Positions 1 to 12,410 of a stretch of 64,000 bases of DNA are shown here, in pieces. Each line of letters begins with the position of its first letter. The first letter of the stretch is position 1. The DNA lies in contig NC_068981.1 of assembly GCF_001194135.2 (NCBI RefSeq), positions 34,243,681 through 34,307,680 of the forward strand, read 5' to 3'. Source of the DNA: Octopus bimaculoides. Taxonomy: Eukaryota. The translations under genes and the position numbers were made by a program. The notes under the pieces were generated by a model. That model ran no database searches, was not told where the DNA came from, and saw only the letters and a program-made list of their open reading frames with translations.

Positions 1-774
1 AAGATTAGATATTTCACAGAGAAAGATTAAAGAAGAGCAAAGGTGGAAAAGGAGACTACAAAATAAAGTGAAGACTTTAAGACAAGATCTGAGAAGAATA
101 GAAGCCTGGAAACTGAACAAGGTAGGAAACATAAGATGCAAAGCTTCCCTTGGGAAAAGATACTTAGTCAAAGAGAAAGGATTTGGGATAGTCATAGAAG
201 AGTTGAAACAGCGTATCATAGCAGTAGCAGGGAAGTTCTCCAGATATCAGAAGAGAATAGATCAATATCAACAGAGTAGATTATTTGAGACAGACCAGAG
301 GAGATTTTGTAACCAAATAAATAGTGGAGAACGAAGTACTGAAGATGAGAAACCTAATACAGAAGGAGCTAGAAAGTTCTGGAGTAATATTTGGGATAAG
401 CCAGTCAATCATAATGGAGATGCAGTATGGTTAAAGAAGCGAGGAAAGAAGTAGTGAGAAGTAGCCAGATCTAAGATTAACTAGTGCATTAATGAGTAAT
501 GCACATTAAGGACATAGCTATTGAATTATAGAGACTATGGAAAGTACAGGTAAAATGTATCTCAGTAGTTATAGATGCATTGGGAACTATCTCTAAAGAT
601 CTGAACAGATGGATAAAGGAAATAAGCATAAAACCCAGTTTAGTACAGCTCCAGAAAACAGCGTTATTAGGGACAGCTAGGGTACTTAGGGAGTTCTTGG
701 CATCTAAGGTTACTTGCTGTAGCCCGATGTTAGGAATTTTTTCTTTTCCAACAGTTTAATCTGTTGGGTGTATA

Positions 775-777
<3 letters not shown>
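1..777 (+). mobile_element. R4/Dong-like RLE non-LTR retrotransposon remnant with the RT region deleted
   Basis: ORF 68-454 (EELKQRIIAVAGKFSRYQKRIDQYQQSRLF...KFWSNIW) resembles the pre-RT region. From about 511 the frame reads DIAIEL*RLWKVQVKCISVVIDALGTI...LQKTALLGTARVLRE, the typical RLE C-terminus. An (AAT)n tail follows. Confidence 0.8.

Positions 778-836
<59 letters not shown>
778..836 (+). repeat. (AAT)n microsatellite, tail or target of the R4/Dong-like element
   Basis: Direct reading. Confidence 0.95.
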
Positions 837-840
<4 letters not shown>

Positions 841-847
841 TCTTATT

Positions 848-985
848 TTGGCACAAGGCCAGCTATGTTGAGAGGTGGGGCAGTCAATTATTTTGACCTC
901 CAGTGTTTAACTGGTACTATTTTATCGACTCCCAAAGTCAACAAGGCGGAATTTGAATTCAGAACGTAAAGGCGGGTAAAAAATA
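848..985 (-). mobile_element. Partial Nin-domain-type SINE (family C)
   Basis: Reverse complement matches the family C body (ttctgaattcaaattccgcc...gtcgataaaatagtaccagt...ccttgtgccaaaa). Confidence 0.7.
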
Positions 986-991
986 AAATTT

Positions 992-1042
<51 letters not shown>

Positions 1043-1052
1043 TTGTAGTAGT
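992..1052 (+). repeat. (GTA)n microsatellite
   Basis: Direct reading. Confidence 0.95.
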
Positions 1053-2817
1053 ATCATAATGTTATTTTTCCTTGCTTCTGTTTATTTTGGCTGTTACTGT
1101 TAATGCTAATTTTTGTTTCTGCTGCTCTTCTGTTGCTGTGGTTGTTTATACTCTTGTTATTGGTTTAGCTGTCCGATCGATGTGCTGAAATATATAGCCA
1201 CATTATATCCATACTCGCTTTGGGTTCACATAAATCTACTCAATCCACCATATTTACACAGATGTAATATGCATGAAAACAAACTATCTCTCGTCTGTGC
1301 ATAGCCATATATATATATATATANNNNNNNNNNNNNNNNNNNNNNNNNNNNNNNNNNNNNNNNNNNNNNNNNNNNNNNNNNNNNNNNNNNNNNNNNNNNN
1401 NNNNNNNNNNNNNNNNNNNNNNNNNNNNNNNNNNNNNNNNNNNNNNNNNNNNNNNNNNNNNNNNNNNNNNNNNNNNNNNNNNNNNNNNNNNNNNNNNNNN
1501 NNNNNNNNNNNNNNNNNNNNNNNNNNNNNNNNNNNNNNNNNNNNNNNNNNNNNNNNNNNNNNNNNNNNNNNNNNNNNNNNNNNNNNNNNNNNNNNNNNNN
1601 NNNNNNNNNNNNNNNNNNNNNNNNNNNNNNNNNNNNNNNNNNNNNNNNNNNNNNNNNNNNNNNNNNNNNNNNNNNNNNNNNNNNNNNNNNNNNNNNNNNN
1701 NNNNNNNNNNNNNNNNNNNNNNNNNNNNNNNNNNNNNNNNNNNNNNNNNNNNNNNNNNNNNNNNNNNNNNNNNNNNNNNNNNNNNNNNNNNNNNNAAATG
1801 TTTGTGTTTGTAAATGCATTAAATGAGAGTCTATTATAAGAAAATCTTTTCCATTTATATTGTAATTGGTTATTCCTTATATTCTGAGGATTGATTCTGT
1901 CATAAACATAAACGAATTTGAGTATTGATAGTTATCTTTATTAGACAGTCATTTGAGCATCATGCGGTGACTATAATTGAAAGCACTAATCTAGACAGCT
2001 AAGGACAAATGTCCTCAACAGGACTAACATTAAAATTTTTTTTTTGTTTTTCTTTTTGCCTCAGAAGCCATTCTGCCAGTTGTCTGTAAATTATTGCCAT
2101 TTTAGTAACATGTACATGAAACGATAATTCATTACTAAATGTGATCCCCAGGTCATGCAATGATTCTGATTCCGGGTTTGTAATCTTTCATCATCTTGTG
2201 TATCCTGTTGTAATAGATTAGAAAGCTGATAGCGAAGAGCTTGAGAATTTGGACATTTTCAGCATGAAATTGCATGCTGCTTTCTTCAGCCCACTTCTGT
2301 ATTGCACCGAGTTATTTCTGAGAGTGGCTTGATTTTATCGGAAGATCCTCTTCCCTTTTGAAATTTTCGTATCTTCAGCTTTGTTAGTGACAATGGCTGT
2401 TAGTATGACCGGGAGCATGCTCGAGAGAGCTACAATAAATAGTGACTCAAAAGTATTTCCCCGAGAAACTCTACTCAGAATTTGAAAGAGCACCTTTACT
2501 CGCAACTGCTTTTCTTCTTCCTCTTAAAATGTTATGTAGCCTCTATCCTTGTCTTCCAACTACATCTAGATCATGTAGTCTGTAACATAACTTCACGATC
2601 GTTTGTTGAAGGCATTCGTAATATCGAGTTGTATCACATCCACATCTGAATGGTTGAATAACAGTATCAGAACCTAATCGAAATCCTCTAGAAGCTGAAC
2701 ATTCATAGAACACTCAACACGGAATTAATTTCTTCTGATAACTCGTTCTATGAATTTACTACGAATTTAGTGAGATAGGCCTGTAAATTTTAGTATCTTC
2801 TCTACTCTTTCCTTGGT

Positions 2818-3203
2818 GGAGGTGCAATGGCCCAGTGGTTAGGGCAGCGGACTCGCGGTCATAGGATCGCGGTTTCGATTCCCAGACCGGGCGTTGTGAG
2901 TGTTTATTGAGCGAAAACACCTAAAGCTCAACGAAGCTCCGGCAGGGGATGGTGGTGAACCCTGCTGTACTCTTTCACCACAACTTTCTCTCACTCTTTC
3001 TTCCTGCTTCTATTGTACCTGTAATTCAAAGGGCCAACCTTGTCACACTGTGTCACGCTGAATATCCCCGAGAACTACGTTAAGGGTACACGTGTCTGTG
3101 GAGTGCTCAGCCACTTGCACGTTAATTTCACGAGCAGGCTGTTCCGTTGATCGGATGAACTGGAACCCTTGACGTCGTAAGCGACAGAGTGACAACAACA
3201 ACA
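2818..3203 (+). mobile_element. Full-length tRNA-derived SINE family A (OR1/OR2-type candidate) with TSD
   Basis: tRNA-like head with A box (tggcccagtggttagg) and B box (ggtttcgattccc); (CAA)n tail; TSD actctttccttggtg 2804-2818 / actctttccctgatg 3204-3218. Confidence 0.92.
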
Positions 3204-4387
3204 ACTCTTTCCCTGATGAACAGAACATGTCATACTTTCAACGTTTGGGGGAGCTTATCACTTTGTCAGGAAACACCCGAAAAAGTATCTAGGGCTCTTT
3301 TGCACGTTTTCAAGAGAAATTTCCGAAAATATTTAAGCCTATTGCTGATTGTAGCTTAATTTTATTTCAAGTTTATATCTTCTTTTATATCGGTATGACC
3401 GACTGTTGTCACTTCCCAATGTAAGGATGTAGTGTTGAAAAACGTATGAAGCTGATTTATTTTCATGTGTTTCACAGAGGAACTGAAAGAAAATTTCAAT
3501 TGTTCATTTAGTATTTCGTTTACACTTTGGAGGTCTGCAGCGAGCTATGTCCTTAGAACAATGGCACTATTTTATAACTCTCTGCAGTCAATTATTTTAT
3601 AAATTTATTGAAAACTTTAGGGGGTTTTTTTTTGATTTTTTTTTTGTACAGTCCTGCTTTTTCTTTTTGCTCTCTCTTTCTCATGGGAGCATTTTATTAT
3701 CAATTTCTATTAGTTTCCTTTTTCAGTGATTTCAAAATCGTTCTTTTCTGTTTTCCTCGTGTCTTCTCTGTCTCTGGAAATTATAATTTTGTGAATGTTA
3801 GCTTTTCCCTCTGGAACAAATTTGATGCATTTAATTTTCTCTGTTAACATTAAATTGACTTGAAAATCTTCTTGCGTAAATAAGAAGAAAATTCAGTTTC
3901 ATGTTGTTTTCTTGCATAAATGCACTTTCGAGTTAGTTTTGTTTGAGTATCTCCTCTTAATTGTTTTCTTGTGAGTCTTGCGGTTTATAAGTCAAGATGG
4001 AGTTCCAGCGTTCTTGTTGGTGTATATCTACAATTTTCTTTCATTATAGTTTTACTTATATTGTTATGGTCAGAGGAATTCGTAGATGTCATCAATCACG
4101 CTATCATTGAACTTCGTGTTATTGATGCGTTCTAGCACATTGTTACCTCGTTGTTGCGTAAAATATGAACAGCAATTAAGAGACGTCATGTAGATATTTA
4201 TTTTGCCTTTTTGATCATGCAGTAACATTCATGAAAAAAAAATGACCTTCGTACTATTTGAGAGTGGAAAGTTTGAAGACGCTGTAAAGGAGTACATAAA
4301 TATGTCGAGGAATTGTATATCTATGAAACTCTCTTCAAATTTACAACTGTCGCTTAAGACAACCGATGAAAGATAAGTTATACATAT

Positions 4388-4884
4388 AGGTGCAGGAGTG
4401 GCTGTGTGGTAAGAAACTTATTTCCCAGCCACGTGGCTCCAGGTTCAGTCCCACTGCGCGGCACCTTGGGCAAGAGTTGTCTACTATAGCCTTGTACCGA
4501 TCAAATCCTTGTGAGTGGATTTGGTAGACGGAAACTGAAAGAAACTCGTTGTGTATATTTCTCAATATTCAATATCTGTACACCACTTCTAACACTCTAT
4601 ACATATACATACATGCATGCATGCATACATACATATATACATAGATATATAAAAGAATATAAGGATAAAAATCACGTTAATGATTTTTATCAAGTGGTCA
4701 GCATGCTATAGAATTTTATAGGCAATTAATACATTAAATAAATACATATATGATTATATACTCACATATATATGTATATGTGTGTATGTGTGTGTGTCAC
4801 TATCGCTTGACAACCGACGTTGGTGTGTTTACGTCCCCGTAACTTAGAAGAGACCAATAAGATAAGTACCAGNNNNNNNNNNNN

Positions 4885-4915
<31 letters not shown>

Positions 4916-5280
4916 CATGCATGCATGCATACATACATATATACATAGATATATAAAAGAATATAAGGATAAAAATCACGTTAATGATTTTTATCAAGTG
5001 GTCAGCATGCTATAGAATTTTATAGGCAATTAATACATTAAATAAATACATATATGATTATATACTCACATATATATGTATATGTGTGTATGTGTGTGTG
5101 TCACTATCGCTTGACAACCGACGTTGGTGTGTTTACGTCCCCGTAACTTAGAAGAGACCAATAAGATAAGTACCAGGCTTACAAAGAATAAGTTCAGGGG
5201 TCGATTTCTTCGACTCAAAGGCGGTGCTCCGGCATAGCCCCAGTCAATTGACCGAAACAAGTAAAAGAATAAAAGAAAAG
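4388..5280 (+). mobile_element. tRNA/CORE-like SINE family B with internal microsatellite, partly duplicated across an N-gap
   Basis: Head ggtgcaggagtggctgtgtggtaag...ggcaccttgggcaag; tail cgcttgacaaccgacgttggtgtgtttacgtccccgtaac...gaaacaagtaaaagaataaaag. Confidence 0.85.
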
Positions 5281-5844
5281 AACTATATTGAGTCGCCTAA
5301 TGTGTAACATCAGTTTGTCGAACACCATCTTTGAATGTGTCAACTGTTTTTAAGCATGATATTTTCATGGATGTACGCGACATATCATCATGGTTTCTTT
5401 CCTGTTAATACGCAAAAACGACTTGGTGTTTGTATTTCTGCATCCGTCGTGTTTGTTGTTAGATGTGTTTCTGTAAATGTTATGCATATTGCTTGATTAC
5501 ATGAGTCAGAAATTTTACATCTGTTACAAAACTGTGATACTCTCCTGTGCATATTTCGCAATTGGACTGATATGAATATCTTTGGTTTATTTGTGCTGGC
5601 TTTGTATTTCGAGTTGTTGTTAGTGCGACCATCTCTTCACATTACCTTTGTAATGCGCCCTTTTATGATACATCCTGTTCTTCCAATTCGACCTTGCAAC
5701 TTCTCACACCTTCCCAAATACACTCCTCTCTTCTTTTTAAGTGTGTCCAAGACCTGAGTGTCTTATTGGTTCACAGCTCTTCCTCCACCGCACGCAACCA
5801 GCCCGGATTTTTCTCTTGTTCCCGTTCCCGTGGTATCATCTGTC

Positions 5845-5891
5845 GCCGCCGCCGCCTCCGCCGCCACCGCCTCCGCCTCCGCCTCCGCCTC
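5845..5891 (+). repeat. GC-rich (GCC)n/(CTCCGC)n repeat running into a gap
   Basis: Direct reading. Confidence 0.85.
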
Positions 5892-6759
5892 NNNNNNNNN
5901 NNNNNNNNNNNNNNNNNNNNNNNNNNNNNNNNNNNNNNNNNNNNNNNNNNNNNNNNNNNNNNNNNNNNNNNNNNNNNNNNNNNNNNNNNNNNNNNNNNNN
6001 NNNNNNNNNNNNNNNNNNNNNNNNNNNNNNNNNNNNNNNNNNNNNNNNNNNNNNNNNNNNNNNNNNNNNNNNNNNNNNNNNNNNNNNNNNNNNNNNNNNN
6101 NNNNNNNNNNNNNNNNNNNNNNNNNNNNNNNNNNNNNNNNNNNNNNNNNNNNNNNNNNNNNNNNNNNNNNNNNNNNNNNNNNNNNNNNNNNNNNNNNNNN
6201 NNNNNNNAAACTTCATTATGCAAAACTTTATTTACGAAACCTTTTAATGTTTACAGTCTTTTACAGTTCTTAAAGTCATTACTGATGTCAATACGGATTC
6301 ATTAAAATAATTTGCTCCGTCCTCCAGTTTATATTTAATACATTTAAATATGACATACATTTAATATGACGATGACGATGTCAATAACAATTTCAAGATA
6401 GTCAACAATGCAATCAAGACTGACGATTACGAAATTGTGTCAAACGGTGACGAATTTGAGATTGACGTTGACCAGGTTGTGGTAAATAACTTCGAATTTG
6501 CGAAGGAAAATTTATAAAACTAAAACAAAAATTTGTAAAGTGTAGCCTGTCAAACTGAATTTTTGTTTATTTTATAACTTATTGAATTTTCAATTCAGTG
6601 AAATATTGATTAATTAATTAATTAATTAATTAACGATGACGGATTACGACACACATCACACATTTTTTTTTCACAAGTCTCATCTAAGTTCCAATCTTTT
6701 AACGTTTACTGTCTACTTCATAGGGAGGCAACTCTTTTAAGTCAAGACAATATTTAAAA

Positions 6760-7048
6760 CGTAAAGCAGGGGAGTTACTTGAGTCTCATGATGAAGAAAT
6801 ATCTAATGCAGACCTAATGGAGATAGAACAACACCCTGCTAAAAAAATAAGATGATAAGAGCAAGCATGCAAAACCACCATGAATTTCAACAATGAAAGA
6901 TTTGTCTGAGCTTTTCCAGTTTTAGATAATGTTACGGCCACCACTGATAATGATTCTCAAAGGGAGAGAAATTCAAAAGCAAATGGATTAATAATGTGTG
7001 AACGCAGTTTCGACAAGGAATTATACAAACAGGAAAATAATGACAATG

Positions 7049-7113
<65 letters not shown>

Positions 7114-7415
7114 TTCTTTTTTAATCAGATTTCGAAGACATGTTCTTTAATTATCCTATCGATTTCTATTAATCTGTGGTAAATGTATCTATTTATAGTA
7201 CATATATTTCCATGATTAATTCTTGAAGTGTTTTTAGCTTTTATTTGGGTATTTTGTTGGTGTTATTGTGACTAAGAATAACATAAAGAATAAATCATAC
7301 AAATTTAGGTATCTTTTTTATTTAAGCAAATCTATAGTTGAACGTGGTTTCGGTTTTCGTTTTTTTCACTTGAAGTCGCACTTCTCAAGAACGTACCAAC
7401 AACGTTGAGGACTGG
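6760..7415 (+). mobile_element. Tigger/pogo-like DNA transposon 3' remnant
   Basis: ELLESHDEEISNADLMEIEQ and DNDSQRERNSKANGLIMC..KELYK resemble the Tigger transposase C-terminus; ttcacttgaagtcgcacttctcaagaacg...cgttgaggac resembles a Tigger right end; (AAT)n at 7050-7112 lies inside. Confidence 0.55.
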
Positions 7416-7614
7416 TTCTATTTATCTATCTATCTATCTATCTATCTAGCTGTCTGTTTCTCTCCTTCTGTCCTTCTTTGTCTCCCTCTCTCTCTCTCCC
7501 TCTCTCTCTCTGTTGTGTCTGTGTACATTTCCTTCACATGAAGAGCAAATAAGTCCATAATATGAAATATTTATTTTTCTTTCTTTCTTTCTTTCTGTCT
7601 TTCTTTCTTTCTTT

Positions 7615-7662
<48 letters not shown>

Positions 7663-9741
7663 GACATTTTTATTGTCCTATATTTCACTATCTGTATTGT
7701 TATACACTCGAACGTGTATGTGTATATATATATANNNNNNNNNNNNNNNNNNNNNNNNNNNNNNNNNNNNNNNNNNNNNNNNNNNNNNNNNNNNNNNNNN
7801 NNNNNNNNNNNNNNNNNNNNNNNNNNNNNNNNNNNNNNNNNNNNNNNNNNNNNNNNNNNNNNNNNNNNNNNNNNNNNNNNNNNNNNNNNNNNNNNNNNNN
7901 NNNNNNNNNNNNNNNNNNNNNNNNNNNNNNNNNNNNNNNNNNNNNNNNNNNNNNNNNNNNNNNNNNNNNNNNNNNNNNNNNNNNNNNNNNNNNNNNNNNN
8001 NNNNNNNNNNNNNNNNNNNNNNNNNNNNNNNNNNNACACACTCACACGTCTGTTCGCACGTGTGTATATGCAACGACTCTGTCTATCATTACCAGTTGCA
8101 TCGTCATATCCAGTCTTCTGGATGTGCACCAAAAACCATTTTATATTCTAAATGTGGTTTAATATGATTGAAAACACGTCAAGACAATAGCTCGTGCGTT
8201 TTCTTATTGATGCAACAATAACAAAAACACAGTCATCACGTGGTATGTCGTATACTGTCAGGGAGACTCCTACTCTCCACACACAAGGACACGCGCGCGC
8301 GCGCACACGCACACGCACGACAGGCTTACAGTTACAGACATGGAAAGTATTCGTTAACCAATTGGTCCCAGACAAGAGTTCCTAACAGAAATACAAATTT
8401 ATGGTTATATACAGAAATTGAAAAATTTCCCTTCTTCTGCAGGAAGCATGAAGAGAAGCAACACACGCACCCACACGCTCACATACACACGCACACACAC
8501 ACACACACGCACACACACACACACACACACACATTGAGATATCTTGGTGCAAATGTTGACAGTAGGTTAATGTGTATAACCACATAGACAGCTTTGTGAA
8601 TTTTGCGGTAAATAACTGCAAACAGAATGCACATATGCATACCGAGCTTACAAGCACACATGTATTGTCATTCGGACCAGTTTATTATTCACTCGCACTT
8701 GCTTCCGCCCACATGCCCTGCACGCGACATATCATCATTTATAAATAGTTCAGCCGATTTACGGTTACCTATCAATGCCTGCCAGTATGTATGTACTTAT
8801 TCAAGTGATATACGATCAGAATTGTGGTACACATGACATTGGTACAGTTTATGGGCGTAATTATACGGGTGGTATAATACAATGGGTACTGTAATGTGTG
8901 CGTACGTGTTTGTGCGTGTGCGTGAGTGCGTGAGAGAGAGAGAGAGAGAGAAAGAAAAGAAAGAGAGAGAGACACAGACTCACATACACAAACACACATG
9001 CATCGTGTGAGTAACTTACGACGTGTTGAGGTATTATACGAGCATGAAATAGCTATGGTAAACATACTTGTAACTTTGACACAAATGTGATGTTGGGAAC
9101 TGGGTATCTAGGGCTTCACCACTTATTTGTTCCACCACCACAACAACCCCCACTACCATCATAACCATCACTTTCATCAAGTGGAGATCAATGGGGCCAC
9201 TCGGCTTTTCATGGTAAGCCTTTCTAAACTGCCGTCAGCCGTCACTCGCAAGCGAATATGGTTTGGTAAAGTGCTATATTTTTTATATTGACTATAGAGT
9301 CACAAGCAGACATAAACACCAGCTCATTCCCAGCGATGTGTTCAATTATGTTGAGCTTTTGAGTACATCTTTTCCGGGTAAATATTGCAAGTTTTCAGTT
9401 AAGATGGAGAATCAATTTTATTATCGTGCTGGAGACTCGTACATAACCCAGTGATCCGTAACAAGACGCAAATCATTGGTTTTCATTGCTTATTTTTCAT
9501 CCAGTCGATTAAACGACCTATAATATTGATATAGTTTAGCATGAGCATGTATAGATTTTATGTGTGCATACGCCATTAACAGATTCATGCGTTTATTCAT
9601 AAACACGCATGTTCACATATATCCGCACACACACGCACTTGTCAACATAAACACTTTATATATGAATATATGTGTGTGTTTACACAAACACACACACGTA
9701 TGTATGTATATATTTATGTGTGTGTGTTTTTGTGTCTGCGT

Positions 9742-9932
9742 TTGACCCCCCCCCTCCCATCACCGCTTGACAACCGGCGTTGGTTAGTTTACGTCCCCGT
9801 AACTTAGCGGTTCGGTAAAAGGCTTAAAAAATAAGTCTTGGGGACGATTTGTTCGACCAAAATCCTTCAAGGTGGTGCTTAAGCAGAAGCTGTAGTCAGA
9901 TAACTGGAACAAGAAAAAGAATAAAAGAATAC
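9742..9932 (+). mobile_element. SINE family B, 3' half
   Basis: caccgcttgacaaccggcgttgg...tacgtccccgtaacttagcggttcgg...aaaagaataaaag. Confidence 0.8.
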
Positions 9933-9954
9933 ATACACGTACATGTGTACTAGT

Positions 9955-10255
9955 ACAGACATGTCCTCTGCCTTCTGTCAAATCATCCAACCAGGACATT
10001 ATTCTCGTTCGGCGCAGACAGTTGCAGACTGGAGGAGACTTCATGGAAGGCCCCGCTCCAGATGGCTGGACGTGATTAAGGAAGATTTCCAGACGCTCGT
10101 CGTGACCTTGGAGGATGCAGAGGCGCTGACAAGGGACCTCCAGCGATAGGGAGCATTGGTGGACAATGTCAGCTTTACGCACGATGACATCTCTGGGAGC
10201 CCTGCCCCATCAAACAAGAGCATGAAGCAAGTAAGAAGAAGCAAGAATCACATAT
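9955..10255 (+). mobile_element. RTE-type LINE 3' end fragment
   Basis: WRRLHGRPRSRWLDVIKEDFQTLVVTLEDAEALTRDLQR*GALVD matches the RTE C-terminal GRP..RW.D motif; short AAG-rich tail. Confidence 0.7.
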
Positions 10256-10820
10256 AAACATTTAGAGAGGGAAAGTTGATCCGGGTAGGATTTGAACTAG
10301 GAGTCCTCAAACGATTCTGCCAATTCGTACCGCGGGTCATATGTATGTATATATATATATATAGGAAAATGAAAAAAAGCCAGAATGCTGTACTGGAAGC
10401 ATAATTTAATAAAGATTTTTTCTAACCGGTTTTCATTGCGAAGAAGCAAATTATCAAGAAGGAGAATGAAAATGTTTTTTTACAAAGAAGTACAAAATGA
10501 AGAAAATAATATATAAAACAATAATATATAAAAAAATAAATATACCCATACATTATATTGTCTTTCAGCTTTTGTAGTTCAATAGTAGTTCATGTATAAA
10601 TTGGTAGGAAAAATAAGGATGCATGAGGGTTGAGAGTTTTGTTAGGTTTAAAAAAAGGTTTAAAAGTTTGTGTTAAGCAGGAAATGTGGTGTCAAAACAG
10701 GAAGTGTGTGTAAGGGGAGACAAGTGTTTTTAGTTGGAGTTATGTATGTATGNNNNNNNNNNNNNNNNNNNNNNNNNNNNNNNNNNNNNNNNNNNNNNNN
10801 NNNNNNNNNNNNNNNNNNNN

Positions 10821-11360
10821 TATGTCATTATTCAGTTTTATTTCAAGTTTTCTTACCAATAGAAAAAGAGTTGTTTCTAACCTAGATCCAAGACACCTTC
10901 ATTGCAATTTCAACATCAACAGGATATTTTTAGACTTGTGTGTATATGTGTAGTACTTGGAGTCAGTATATGTGCAGATTTGTGTCTTGTTTTATGTATG
11001 TATTCTCATGCAAATAGTTGCATGTCTAGACATGCGCATATATACTTAAATGATAAAGCTCTGGAATGTTTTATAGATTTTTACAATTCTAGTGATGGAT
11101 TGGATATGTAGTCTTCGAATCAGCTTTCTCCTTTCTAGTTTTGAGAAGCCTAAATTCTCAAGATTGATACTTAGGTAGTGTGTTTCATATCTCAGGGCTC
11201 CAGTAATTACAGGTATGAACCTGAACAGGTAATCTGAGTAGAGTAACTGCATATTTCTCAATAATTCAGCATAAGTATCTTCTTTTTGTTGATCTTTAAC
11301 TTTATTTTAACATCCGCGGGGCAGCTGATTTCCACAGTTTCTCCTCTCTATTCCAAAACA
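10821..11360 (-). mobile_element. 5'-truncated RLE non-LTR element (R4-like family 2) ending at (CATA)n
   Basis: ORF 11046-11261: RNMQLLYSDYLFRFIPVITGALRY..LGFSKLERRKLIRRLHIQSITRIVKIYKTF; upstream VEISCPADV; 3' end ...ctgaataatgacata abuts (TATG)n and a gap. Confidence 0.8.
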
Positions 11361-11399
11361 TACGTTTCTGTATCACTTTTGCTCAGTTTAAAACAAAAC

Positions 11400-11790
11400 T
11401 TTATTGTATAGTGAGCTTCCAAATTGTCTTCTCTTATGTGTCTTGGCATGACGTTAAAAAGAGCAGGGTCGGTCGAGGTGAAATAGTTCTGTCTTTGTAT
11501 TGTGATGTGAGAGTAAGATTTTTGTAGAGGACGGATGGCAGGGTAACACGCCTTGGGTGAATTTTAAAGTTGATACAAACATTTGAGCAATGCTGTTGGA
11601 ATATTTATTTTCCACGTCATACAAATGATATAGCAGTTGCGGAGACGTCGGAAGGGATAAAGTCTGAGTTTCTCGAGACGATCCTAATAATCAAAGCATG
11701 GCATGTCGTCTATTTTTCTTGTATTCGATCTCTGCGGTGCTTCAATTTTTACATTTTGTTTCGTGTGGAGAGGCCGCAGCGGACAACAAT
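11400..11790 (-). mobile_element. CR1-type LINE 3' fragment
   Basis: LHTKQNVKIEAPQRS..FDY*DRLEKLRLYPFRR..YIICMTWKI..NYFTSTDPALFNVMPRHIRE. Confidence 0.75.
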
Positions 11791-11825
11791 ATTTAAAGCG
11801 AAGATGGAGAAAAGAAGGATAATAT

Positions 11826-11859
11826 ATGTATGCATGTATGTATGTATGTGTACATATAT

Positions 11860-11913
<54 letters not shown>

Positions 11914-12330
11914 TGTAATTTACATTATATACAATACACACACACACGAACAAATACATATATATGTGGATGGATGTATACATGTATGTATGTATGTATG
12001 TATGTATGTATGTATGCATGTATGTATGTATGTATGCATGTATGTATGTATTATGTATGTATGTATGTATGTATGTATGTATTANNNNNNNNNNATACAT
12101 GTATGTATGTATGTATGTATGTATGTATGTATGCATGTATGTATGTATGTATGCATGTATGTATGTATTATGTATGTATGTATGTATGTATGTATGTATT
12201 ATGTATGTATGTATGTATGTATGTATTATGTATGTATGTATGTATGTATGTATGTATTATGTATGTATGTATGTATGTATGTATGTATTATGTATGTATG
12301 TATGTATGTATGTATGTATGTATACATGCA
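11826..12330 (+). repeat. Compound (TG)n/(TATG)n microsatellite with a higher-order (TATG)5-6TAT unit
   Basis: Direct reading; contains a 10-N gap. Confidence 0.9.
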
Positions 12331-12410
12331 TTTATAGTTGCTACATTGTCGGATCAATTACTGCTGCTGTCGCTTTCAATTGGTAGTGGTTACATAGATT
12401 AAAAAAAATG

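Larger units (their letters stand above)
1900..5760 (-). mobile_element. Old CR1/L2-like LINE (APE + RT), heavily degenerate, interrupted by two SINEs
   Basis: Minus-strand motifs occur in the expected order: ICITFTETHL..DAEIQ (APE start, about 5430-5500), TRGNNVLE..SDHN (APE end, about 4070-4170), HQGKS|REDTKIYRPISL (RT start, split by the SINE at 2818), DVDVIQLDITNAF, WAEESSMQFHAE, HDLGITFSNELSFHVH, LSCLD*CFQL*SPH (about 1950). Many stops and frameshifts. Confidence 0.75.

Noticed and set aside
2818-2890. tRNA gene
   Set aside because: The tRNA-like A/B boxes are the SINE head; it continues into SINE body with TSD, and five or more copies are present
8085-8145. Possible minus-strand 55-nt exon (NIKWFLVHIQKTGYDDAT)
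   Set aside because: Weak acceptor context and no supporting homology
9181-9220. Plus-strand donor ATG|gtaagc with a short open frame
   Set aside because: Upstream acceptor is weak (AAG) and there is no partner exon
10390-10480. Hammerhead-like motif on the minus strand
   Set aside because: Core reads CUUGAUAA and GAAAAC; too degenerate to support
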